From assembly GCF_902459465.1 (NCBI RefSeq), contig NC_047062.1, positions 23,188,001-23,252,000 on the forward strand: a stretch of DNA of 64,000 nt. Direction: 5' to 3'. Below the pieces are notes generated by a model. That model ran no database searches. It was given only the letters and a program-made list of their open reading frames with translations, and was not told where the DNA came from. The stretch is from Asterias rubens (taxonomy: Eukaryota). Shown here piece by piece: positions 12,343 through 24,077 of this stretch; the stretch's first letter is position 1, and every line of letters begins with the position of its first letter. The position numbers were made by a program, and so were the translations under genes.

Positions 12343-15300
12343 TTTGGCCTACGTAACTTTTGAAAAATATATGTATATGAATTCACTCACTATATTCAAT
12401 AATTAGCGCCTAGAAATCAGCAAACAGGGACCAAGAGATATACAGTGTGTGGTGACTTTCAAACTTCTTTGGTCTGGCAAAATAGTAATGATCCCAGGGT
12501 TGATTTCATATTCACGTTCCCAGCAAGAGGACCAGGCCGCGGGTCTATGTATGGTGTTCAAGTTGCTTGACGTCAGTCCACCATTAGCGATTCGTTCATT
12601 GAGTTCACATCTCAACGCAGAACACCACTCGTTCTCTGTAATGTAACATTACACCAGCTCCGTATGACATCAGATGACAATTGTTCAATTTAAATTATGA
12701 CGGATGGCACGACATTGTTATCACAGCACCATCATTGGGAAGATTAGCGGGGAACGAAGTACAGACGGTCATGATGTTTACCCGGTATACACAGTGTACA
12801 GCAGCCTCTCTCTCACCCCCCCCCCCCCTTGCTCTGTACAACGTAACAGGCCCATTGTGAACACACCAAACACCCCCTATCGACCCAACCTCTGGGGTGC
12901 AGTCAACTTTGGCAAACCGAGGTCGGGTCAGACTTTACTTTTTGTAAGGTGAACCCTGGTGGTAGAGATAGGCTCTTGCTCTATTTATGGCTGTACCATG
13001 GAGCATAGAGGAAGGACAGAGATGCATGGAGGAATGAGTTTGTTGTGTGGATTATGTAAATGAAGTCTACACGACTGATTTGTTGAGAAATGAATAGGCC
13101 CAAAGGCTGGAGTGAATAAATAATAAACCTGTAATAAAATTAGGGTCAAACCACCTGTTTATTTATGACATGGCGTGCACAGGGAATTGAGGTTTGTGTA
13201 AAAACATAATGCCATATTGTGTTGCTCTCATTAGTCAATGTTATTAACGATTGAACCCTTGCGTGCATAATCTGACATTTTTGTCCAAATTGGAATCGGT
13301 ATTCATTATTGTTATTGCTAGCAGAAGGAATATGGAAAAACTATTTGATACTATAAGTGATTGGTTTCAATCAATTCTCTAAGCTCTACATGTTCCTTCA
13401 CGATGTTAAAAGGTCATGGTATTAACCAAAAATGTTGGTAACTTTTTAATGTTTTTTTTTTGTTCATTAAATAATTCTCTCCATAAATGGTTTCTTTACG
13501 AAGTACCGATTGGTAAGCAAATCTGCTTGCTTTCAATGACCTTTATAAACCAGCTATAAAATCTGCTTCTAAAAAGCACTGGAAAGTATGTTTCGTCCAT
13601 CTTATTTCGCTGTTGGCAACAACCAGGCAAAGAGTTTCAAATGTCGATTTAGGAGCCACAAAGTGCATTCCATTCTTCCTATTGATAGTCCAGTGTCTTT
13701 CTGTGGTTACTTTCTCCATCTTTCTCCCTTCTACCATGATGCTTCTCCTGCTTTCTACAGGTCATCACAGTCTGTAGTTGATTTGCTCTCACGCCCCGTT
13801 GCGTCGTGCCTTGAAGTTGAGACTCGCATGGGTTAAGTTCACATTGCACCTTGAAGAGGCTGCGTTGGCTCGGTAAACATCTCCAGAACAAGGACTGTGC
13901 TTCTCTAGACGTCCATTTCCATTTCTGTTCCATGGAGGTATTTCTACCTCCATGGCTAGACGCGGACCTACATTACATCTGAGTGTTTTTTGTGGGTTTT
14001 TTTTTGACGCAATGAACCTCAAAATTTTCGGATATAATGAGCGTCAATCATTTATTGTTTTATGTACATGTATAGGGGCCAAATTTCAATACATATTGGA
14101 CGACCATAAAATTTAAAATAAATTCATGGATAAACTACATTTGGCTTACAAGCAGGCGTGCCTTATTACGTGCAGAAATTGGTACGCTGTGAATTCATGT
14201 TATACTCTCTTGTTTTAAGTTGATTATGATCTGTTTTTCTTGTTTGTTGTTGAAAGAAATGAGCCTCAACATTTTAGGTTTGTGTTAATTTAATAAATTG
14301 TAATGCTGGGTAAAACTTGTATAAGTTATATTAACAACAATGTGAAGGTATTGCTCATGAATTGACAATTTCTTTCCGAACAAAATTTCCTCCAGACATA
14401 CAAAAATTACGTTCACACCTTTATTTTTAAAACCAATACTTACTTTTACTACTTCAAGAAGCTGTTCAGAAGTTTTTAAACAAATGAAAAGAAGGGTCGA
14501 CGTGTATAATAGCTTTAATAATTCACCTGCTGAGTGGTAACCTAAACAACTGTTATTTGTAGGCCTATGGGAATCGAAGTTGCATCTTTCATGAACTTTG
14601 TACGTGTTGGCGTACATAAAGGAACACGGTGAACAATGTAATGGTGATCCATGCTGATCTATGGTGTAAAGTTGCATTGTGCTCGTCTTAGAAAAAAAAC
14701 CCGTAGTGTACAAATAGACTCCTTTACAATTGTTCATTCAAGTATCCAGGTCATAAGCCGTGGTTTGTTATGGTAAATATTGTACCGCCACAGAGGAATA
14801 TTGCACGATTCTGCCAGGATTGGAAGGCTATCCTAAAAAAGTCTTCGAAATCATAGGCTCATGACGCCTTTGCAAGTATATACAGTGGTGAATAGTCCCT
14901 TGTTCCACCTTATGGTTGGTTGGGCGTTTTAATGCAAAACCGCTTTCCATAAGGTTGTGGTAAGAGAATCTACCTCGATCCGTCCCAGATGCATGTAATT
15001 TGTAAGGACTCGACCTTTGCGACCGAAGTCCAAATCGTCTGAACGGCCTAGCTGCAATAATGGGGGTAAGTTTTGTGGGGGTTTACCCTGCCTGGGACAC
15101 AGGCAAGTACATCATGTCGGAACAAATACAGACAATGCATGATGTGTTATCTTTTAAAGCAAAGATTTATACCTGTACAAGATGCCCATGCTCGTGGCAA
15201 TTTCAGCAGTGACGTAATATCAACTTGCGATTTGTGTTCAAACTGGTTGGTTGACCCAAAGCTAAACAAATACAGCTATCTAAAACATCAACAAGTCTTC

Positions 15301-15655
15301 CAACCCTCACTGCCCAAAGATCAGAGATGACAATTGTCAATTAAAGGGGTGAAGTAGTTATATTAGCAGTGAGCTGGCCGACCATTACACTGTGTTTAAT
15401 TGCCTTTAAGATTAAGTATTTGGATTGAACATAACCATTGTTGTTTTGACTATCGAATAGCCTATCTGACTGATCCCGTGTCCGGGGCCTGACCAGTTTT
15501 AGAGTCGGGCAGACCTGGGAGTTATTTGTTTGTTTGGTGGTGTTCCCCTCTCGTTTCTTCTAATTCTGAAGACCATACTAATGCAGAACACTGCCACTAA
15601 ACACCGCCTTAAAGTGTCAACATCATGGACCTAATCCAAAGATTTAACATTAATA

Positions 15656-16649
15656 ATGTCTGATACATGTTTTCTCATTCAGCAAGACAACAAATCCGAC
15701 GATCGGACATCGACTTCATCCACGATTGACCCCACCCAACCTGGCGGGTGCGAACTGTTCCTGATCTTCCGGTCTGCCGTCAGCGTAGTCTTTCAAACTC
15801 TCCGTCACCCACTAATAACAATCCGCCACTCCGCTGGATTCTGCTCCCTCGCCCCGTATCGAGAAGTCAACGAAGGTAGGGAGGAATGCACTCCTCACCC
15901 TGCCGTTGAAATTCTGCTTTCGACGGCAGAGGCAGACACTGAAGAGAACAACAACGAGCCCTCTGGTTTCGTGGAAGCTGATAGGTTGAAACGAAAGAAG
16001 CCGTCTAAAAAGGTAAGAAAGAAGTCACAAGGAGTGCATTTTTCTAAATTTTGACAACTTGAAAAGGTATTTTAGAAATAGTAGAAACTGCTACTCGAGG
16101 AATGTTCAATTTAAAGCTATTTTTTCAAAGCCCATCTTTATTGTGATAATGTAGGTCTAATATTACCAGTTAGTATTACTTATAGAGTTCCGTCAGAAAT
16201 CTTGGCAATGTTGATTGTTAGTTTGCAAAATCACAATAAGTAGGCTACAACACAAAACGTTGTTTTCGATGTTTTTGTCTTTAACATGAGCTCCTCATTT
16301 GAAGAACCCACCCAATCAGGTTTTTTGTATAAAACTCAAACGTATAAGTTCACTTCATAGAAAGTTTTTAAGTTTTAACTTTAAAAGTTTGACAAAAAGT
16401 ATCCACCAACCTAACAATTCACATATAAACAATACATTATCAGTGGAGTCAATGACAAGGATTTTTTTCCCCATACAGATAAAGAAAAACCTCAGAAAGG
16501 GCGTCCAACATCTTGGCACTAGCTCCATGCTATTTGCGTCACCGATTAGTTCAGCTTCCATTGCACGTGACATTCATCAACGTATGTCATCGAATTATAA
16601 ATACGCGGAGATGCAAGAGGCTTATGTCACTTCTACCCTGTTTCTGTGA
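15656..16649 (+). CDS. Predicted ~175-aa orphan protein; exons 15656-16012 (or acceptor at 15683), 16479-16649
   Basis: The open frame ends RLKRKKPSKK at AAG|GTAAGA (16012). The acceptor tttttttccccatacag leads in phase 0 into IKKNLRKGVQHLGTSSMLFASPISSASIARDIHQRMSSNYKYAEMQEAYVTSTLFL*. The start is uncertain. Confidence 0.5.
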
Positions 16650-19454
16650 CAATCTTTTAAAGACTGCTTGGAATTGTGCCTTGCTTTGTACAGTTGTATA
16701 TTTTTTTTTTTTACATCTTAACTTACACTCGAAGCATTCACAGCTTTTGAGTTTTGTGGAGTTGGGGGAACAGAGAAACTACTGGCTCCATGGAACCGAT
16801 TTGCAGAGTGAACCATGGATGTATAGATTTATTTGCTATCCTTTCATAAGTTGTTTTGAATGGCTTCAGGTTTCTTCAGGCGTGAGCTACGATATCGATA
16901 TTTTTCACAGGAGTTTAGCAAATGAAAATGTGAATGCCCTCTTCAAAAGCCATTTTATATATGTACTTATTCTGGACACATTACTATGTGTTTGGTTAGG
17001 GTAAATTTGTCTGTTTACAAACAGTGCACCCCATATCCACCATACCTCAATGGGCATGAGAATGAACTTTAAACTGAAATACAACTTTTTTGAGGTGGAA
17101 ACGGTGGATCACCCGGGGGGGGGGGCTTAATAATGAGATACTTATTATTGACTTGAGAAATAAATTAGTGCATAGTAAGCCTGGAATGATGTAAATACCA
17201 TGCTGCCTTTTTTCAATCGTACGAAGAAATGGGGGTTTTGAATGGCCGCCACATCACTGCACAGGGACCCTTTTCCCTCTGAGCTAAAATCATCACCGAA
17301 CCAAAACTGCAGAGGGCGGTATTACATGCGACCGTACGTATGTTTTTTTTTTAGTGAATGGCAAAAAGTTCTCGAATTTATACCGCCTAGTTTTTATGCC
17401 AATCATTTAGATTGAATATATTGCAAATTTAACGATAAATTGCAGTCAAGTTTTGCGACACTTTTTTTCACACTGATTAGTCTGTGAAGGCTTATGCTAT
17501 ATTCTCAAAGTCTGATATAAGAGAATCCCGGAATAAAAAATAAACAAATCAATCAAAACTTCTATGTCTCTCTATTTCCAAGAAAATAACCTTTAAAACA
17601 TTTATAAAATAAGTCAGTTTTTGTCTGCATGTGAACCGCATAATGGATAGTTTAAAATCAGTCAATGTGATTGGGTTCACTCCATACACATAGCACCACA
17701 AAGTTCCTTTAAACGTTTTTCTACGTAACATCTTTTATTGCCGAAGGCCAAAGGCAAAACTGAAATTGAGGATTGGTCAATGATCGTTATCGCTCATTAA
17801 CACAACTTCAGAAGATAAATAAGGCAAGGATACTTGCAGCAATTGAAGCCTTTGGTCTCAAACAATCAATATACGGTTTACAAATCAGTGGTCACTAATT
17901 AAGTTAGCCTAAAAAGATTTGGATCAACACGGGAGGCACTGTCCTATTTATAGTGTTCATTGACAACAACAATAAAACATCATGGAGAAATTGAAAGACA
18001 ATGGCAAAGTTGTTGTTTTGGTAGAGAGTAAACATGGGAGTCCCCTTTCACTGTTTAAAGAAATTAATGATGTTTTGGGTGTATTATTTTTACAGACGAT
18101 AAGACATTTTCTTTAAAAAAAAAATCATCAAAATTCCCTTTGACTAAAATTTGATCTTAATATGACAATCATAATATAACTGAATTGTGGTTTTGCCGCT
18201 CTAGCTGAGTGTTAGGCTCAATTACCACCATTCTGCCTCTATGGTAATAGGGTATCGTTTATATAAAATAAAAGTATAAACCTTGATGTAGGCCTACCTT
18301 AATTATAGACATCGACTTGAGATAATGTAATTTGAACCACAACACCCATTTTCCAACAATGAATTTCCTTCTGCACTACGGGTTCATTTTACTTTGAAGA
18401 ACCTTCTACCCACCAGAAGCGCCATGACTCTATTACTGGATTTAGGGCCTCAGGAGTGCCTATCAAGCTTTTGGATACATGTCCAAGACATTTACTGTAA
18501 TGTAGGCCTACTCTGCAAAGAAGAAGAATGACTGGTATTGATTCAAAATTGACAGTGTCACTCTAACTTTGTGAGATTTTGCAAGGTTATTTGTTTAATC
18601 AATGTTATATTTATTTACAATCGCCTACCATTCTTCAACGCTACGTATTGTGGTGACGCCAGACAGCCTACTGCCTCAATAATTTATTTAATTGTTTTGT
18701 ATTATTTTGTAAGATGAACAGGCCTTGATAATGATGATTTATACTGAATTGATTGTGTCCTTGTCCAAAACTTGGCCTTGTGCGCACACCATACGTCATC
18801 AAAACCCAGCAAGACCCAGGCTATTCCAGGGTCACCACACACACGCAATGACTGTGTTTATTGACGAAGTAGGTCACGCTAGCCTTGGCCGGCCTGTGTG
18901 TACGTTTTGTACGCGACGGCTATTAGTGAATCTGGATGTAAACACAACACAAAACTGGTGCACGCCAGAGAGTACGCCACACGTCAGTAAACAAGTCGCA
19001 CATAACGCACGCTGTGTTGTTGATAGTGTAGTTTTTGGTCATTGGATTGCCATTTTAACCGCAGCTACCGTTACAAGCAAATCTACAGAATGAACGAGAA
19101 ATGAAGAGGTTTTAGGTGAGTTGAGTTTAGTTATTCTGTTGCACTGGTGTTGAATCAAGTCGCACTTTGTTTTGAATTGTGTAAAAATGTAAACGATATT
19201 CAATTTATGATATTTTGTACCCCCAATTTCTATACTGTGTCGGAAACGATCATTGAAGGAATGATTGTTTCCACTTGCTTGTGCCTGGTGGGGCGGAACT
19301 GGGGGCATGAGCTGTTGTAATTTGTACTACTACTAGTAATACTATGGTCGTCTGCGAACTGTTGCAGGTACCGAGCTGTCGATATCGATGTTTGTCTTTG
19401 CAATACCTAACAAGGGGGCGTAAACTTCGGCTGAAATTTTGTGTTGGAATTTGG

Positions 19455-19592
19455 TCCGGATAACTTTCCGTATGGCGCCACCACTTTTTCACTCATTTTT
19501 AGAAAAAGGGATATCTCATTGAGGTAAATTAGATATTATATTATTTCATATCGAATGAAAAAGTGGTGGCGCCATACGGAAACTTTTCCGGA
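19455..19592. mobile_element. Short palindromic MITE
   Basis: ttccgtatggcgccaccactttttca ... tgaaaaagtggtggcgccatacggaa inverted termini. Confidence 0.65.
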
Positions 19593-21099
19593 AGTTGTTA
19601 TACCAAATACTTAACCCCATACAGACATGTGGCCGTCCGAGCATTTAACTGAAAACCCCAAATGACTTAAGTGTTCACTTAATAAGTGAATTAACAAGTT
19701 GGTCTTGTGTTGGATGAAAATGAATTAATCTTTCAAGAATGAATCATGCACTTTTTTCAAGCCACTTCAGACTGACTTTTAAAACAAATCAAAAACTCCT
19801 CTGGGATTTATCCTCGGTCCTTGAAGTTGACAAAACAAAGATGTGTTCAATATGATTCATGCCTTACTGTTGAATCATTTTGAATGTCGATACTGTAGAC
19901 TTGGCAAAACAGTCATTTTAATGACAGCTTTATAACAAGATTGTTAATGATTGATTCTGCATGTTAACCCTTCGTGTTCAAGGGGTGGTTTTTGACAGAC
20001 TTTTTTAGTCAAACAATTATTATTTGACTTTTTTGTGCTGTTTGACTAGGCTGTGTCTCAATAGGAATTTTGGAGATTTTAAAACTGCAAATTATATCTA
20101 TGCTATTTGACTAGGCTCTTCAAGGGAATTTGGAAGTTTTGAGATTTTTCGATGGAGTGAACAAAGTTTAATTACAAACGGCCTGTTGAGAGTAGTCCAA
20201 TGGCTTTGCTGAAGGTTATATTGAAGTTTGTCTGATTATTTTGTGTTTATTTTTATCTTTAAAAAATACTGTAATACAACTTGACATGTTCTGATTAGCT
20301 GACATCCTTATCAACTGTGCCATTGAAAATTAAAAACACAAGTCTTGCTGACCAGTTCTTTGATGACACACTGCAGTTGCAATACCTTTGCAATAAACAG
20401 TTATTAAATAAAAGGGTCTAATGGAAATTTAATTGATAAACTCTTTGGAGAATAAATTTTGTTAAACATGATTGATGAGTATTGACATCGCTAGGAAAGT
20501 CAAAACGCTAGGCTGTAATTATAGCCCTTGGGATTTTAGACTGTCTCCTTCCCCAAACTAAAATCACGTGATCTTTGAAGTAATAATGATCCATTCATCC
20601 AAAGTGCAGCTTGAAGGCCTTTAGATTTTACCATGAATAATTCATGACCAGTTTATGAATGATTCATTGATTGTAACTCAACCTTGTGGTGAAAACTGCA
20701 AAGATTCAACTGCTTTGAATTTGCATTCATCAATTTTGATTAAACTCATGTAGCTGAATGAAAAAGGAAGGCTCAAAAAATGTGTAGACATCAAAGATGT
20801 GATTTTCCCCTTTTTAAATAACTAAAAGTATTAAAAAAGAATAATCTTTGATTACTCTTGTGTAAAAATCAAATAAAATTAGTGTTCTTTTTCTTCTTTT
20901 TCCTCCCAGAAATTGATTTGACTTAAAAACGATCAGTCAGTAGATAGGCCTGTGTTGGAAAATATTCAGAATAACGGGTCACATAATGCAAACCACTTTA
21001 AAAAAGGACCTCAAATCATCAATACAATTTTGTTTGTCATTGAAGTATTATGGATTCTGACTCCAAAGTGTCGCTGGGTGGAATTTGGCTAATGTCAAG

Positions 21100-21230
21100 G
21101 GTGCATTTAGGCGGTCACAACCAATAACTGCTTCGTTCAATTGGCAAGTAATAACTGCTTCGGTCAATTGGCGAGTGATTGGTAAATTCAACCGAAACAG
21201 TTATTGGTTACGACCGCCAAAATGTATCTA
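21100..21230. mobile_element. Short MITE-like inverted repeat
   Basis: ggtgcatttaggcggtcacaaccaataactg ... cagttattggttacgaccgccaaaatgtatc, imperfect inverted termini. Confidence 0.5.
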
Positions 21231-21370
21231 CGGTCTATGGTCTAGGCAGTAGTGGTACTGTTAAAAATCCATTGAAATTTAAAGTATTCTCAACAGGAAT
21301 CAATGACTTGAGATATATTGCCATTGAGTGTTCTGAATAACCTAGGAAAACAGTGCAATGTTAAACTTCT

Positions 21371-21757
21371 TTAAAGCCAATGGGCACTATTGGTAATTGT
21401 CAAAGACAAGTCTTTTTACTTGGTGTATCTCAACATATGCATAAAATAGCTAACCTGTGAAAATTTCAGCTCAATTGGTCATCGAAGTTGCGAGATAACA
21501 ATGAAAGAACAAACACCCTGGTTACACGGAGTTGTGTGCTTTCAGATGCTTGATATCGAGACCTCAAATTCTAAACTTGAGGTCTCGAAATCAAATTCGT
21601 GGAAAATTACTTCTTTCTCGAAAACTACGTCACTTCAGAGGGAGCCGTTTCTCACAATGTTTTGTACTATCAACCTCTCCCCATTACTCATTACCAAGTA
21701 AGGTTTATATGCTAATAATTATTTTGAGTAATTACCAAGAGTGTCCACTGCCTTTAA
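21371..21757. mobile_element. MITE family A copy
   Basis: ttaaagccaatgggcactattggtaattgtcaaagac ... gtgtccactgcctttaa; same internal motifs as 5959-6446 in the opposite orientation. Confidence 0.75.
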
Positions 21758-21904
21758 AGGAAATTATTTAGGCCTCACTTTTTTTAACCAAGGAAAAATG
21801 TTGAGTGCATTGCGCTTATTCGTGCAGGAAGAACACTTAAAGGACCTATTCAACAAAACAGTTCCTGAAAATATTTAATTGGGCTTTTTAAGGGTCCTTG
21901 CTAT

Positions 21905-23450
21905 GAATGGAAAATCTTAGCTATTAAGAAGATTGCAGATCTTGGCTATCAAGTCAAGGTTCCTCGCTATCGTTGGCAAATCTTCACTATCAAGTCAAGG
22001 TTCCTCGCTATCGCTGGCAAATCTTTACTATCAAGTCAAGGTTCCTCGCTATCGCTGGCAAATCTTTACTATCAAGTCAAGGTTCCTCGCTATCATTGGC
22101 AAATCTTTACTATCAAGTCAAGGTTCCTCGCTATCATTGGCAAATCTTTACTATCAAGTCAAGGTTCCTCGCTATCGCTGGCAAATCTTTACTATCAAGT
22201 CAAGGTTCCTCGCTATCATTGGCAAATCTTTACTATCAAGTCAAGGTTCCTCGCTATCGCTGGCAAATCTTTACTATCAAGTCAAGGTTCCTCGCTATTA
22301 TTGGCAAATCTTCACTATCAAGTCAAGGTTCCTCGCTATCACTGGCAAATCTTTACTATCAAGTCAAGGTTCCTCGCTATCATTGGCAAATCTTTACTAT
22401 CAATTCAAGGTTCCTCGCTATCGCTGGCAAATCTTTACTATCAAGTCAAGGTTCCTCGCTATCGCTGGCAAATCTTTACTATCAAGTCAAGGTTCCTCGC
22501 TATCATTGGCAAATCTTTACTATCAAGTCAAGGTTCCTCGCTATCGCTGGCAAATCTTTACTATCAAGTCAAGGTTCCTCGCTATTATTGGCAAATCTTC
22601 ACTATCAAGTCAAGGTTCCTCGCTATCACTGGCAAATCTTTACTATCAAGTCAAGGTTCCTCGCTATCATTGGCAAATCTTTACTATCAATTCAAGGTTC
22701 CTCGCTATCGCTGGCAAATCTTTACTATCAAGTCAAGGTTCCTCGCTATCGCTGGCAAATCTTTACTATCAAGTCAAGGTTCCTCGCTATCGTTGGCAAA
22801 TCTTAACTATCAATTCAAGGTTCTTCGCGATTATTGGCAAATCTCAACTGTCAAATCAAGGTTCCTCGCTATTATTGGCAAATCTTTACTATTAAGTCAA
22901 GGTTCCTCGCTATCATTGGCAAATCCTTACTATCAAGTCAAGGTTCCTCGCTATCATTGGCAAATGTTAACTATCAAGTCAAGGTTCCTCGCTATCATTG
23001 GCAAATCTTTACTATCAAGTCAAGGTTCCTCGCTATCGTTGGCAAATCTTAACTATCATGTCAAGGTTCCTCGCTATCATTGGCAAATCTTAACTATCAA
23101 GTCGAGGGTTCCTCGCTATCATTGGCAAATCTTTGCTATCAAGTCAAGGTTTCCTCGCTATCATTGGCAAATGTTAACTATCAAGTCAAGGTTCCTCGCT
23201 ATCATTGGCAAATCTCAACTATCAAGTCAAGGTTCTTCGCTATTATTGGCAAATCTCAACTATCAAGTCAAGGTTCTTCGCTATTATTGGCAAATCTTTA
23301 CTATCAAGTCAAGGTTCCTCGCTATTATTGGCAAATCTCAACTATCAAGTCAAGGTTCCTCGCTATCATTGGCAAATCTTTGTTGGCAAATCTTTACTAC
23401 ATTGTATCAAGTCAACACTCCTCGCTGTTTATGGCAAATCTTAACTAACA
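21905..23450 (+). repeat. 41-bp tandem minisatellite, ~35 copies
   Basis: Unit ggcaaatctttactatcaagtcaaggttcctcgctatc(g/a)(c/t)t. The core is homogeneous and both ends degenerate. It accounts for the 41-aa-periodic ORFs (three units = 123 nt). Confidence 0.97.
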
Positions 23451-24077
23451 AGTTGACAACAATCATTCGGAGAACCATGTTTTTGAGTCCTGTAACCAAT
23501 CGAAGTAGTTAAAGTTTCCTGAACTTTAACATTTTTTTCATAGTGTTTTGAACAAGGCGTTGGTTCCCCTGAAGAGAATAACAAACTTTCTAACTTGGAA
23601 ATAAAATTCTCATCATGTCCCTCTTTCAAGTGCTGAAAACGTTGTTGTACGAGAGAAAAGAAAATGCCACCCCACACTTGAACAAAACACTTTGCTAGAG
23701 TCACAAGTTGACAGAACAACACTTGATAAAATAATGACAACACCGACCTCTGTACTATGTACACAAACTGATTTGCACTCAAACTCCCGGATTTGTTTTG
23801 TTTTTCGGTTGTTGCAGGTACGTTGTAATAGCTTCATACTGCACCAGTCTGGGTCAACAAGATGTGGCTTTAGTACTTACAAACTCGGTAGAAATTTTCG
23901 TGAAGGACCTTGTCGGTTAAAAATCATCAGTACCGTAGCAGAGTGATGTGAGAAATCCGTATTAACCCTGCTTTGAAGCTACAGGAGTTTTATGCGCTGT
24001 GAGATTTGTCACTGTATGATTTGAATTTATCGTGTTGGACACCGTTCAATTGAGTTCTTGCCGAACAAAACAAAATA

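Noticed and set aside
14285-14737. 150-aa minus-strand ORF
   Set aside because: AT-rich, no motif and no supporting splice structure; likely a chance ORF.
14985-15060. Weak reverse-strand tRNA-like stretch (ggacttcggtcgcaaaggtcgagtcc)
   Set aside because: Too degenerate to fold; at most an old SINE fragment.
21933-23512. Long ORFs (320, 277, 403 aa) with 41-aa periodicity
   Set aside because: By-product of a 41-bp minisatellite lacking + strand stops; the period is not a multiple of 3 and all frames give the same peptide.
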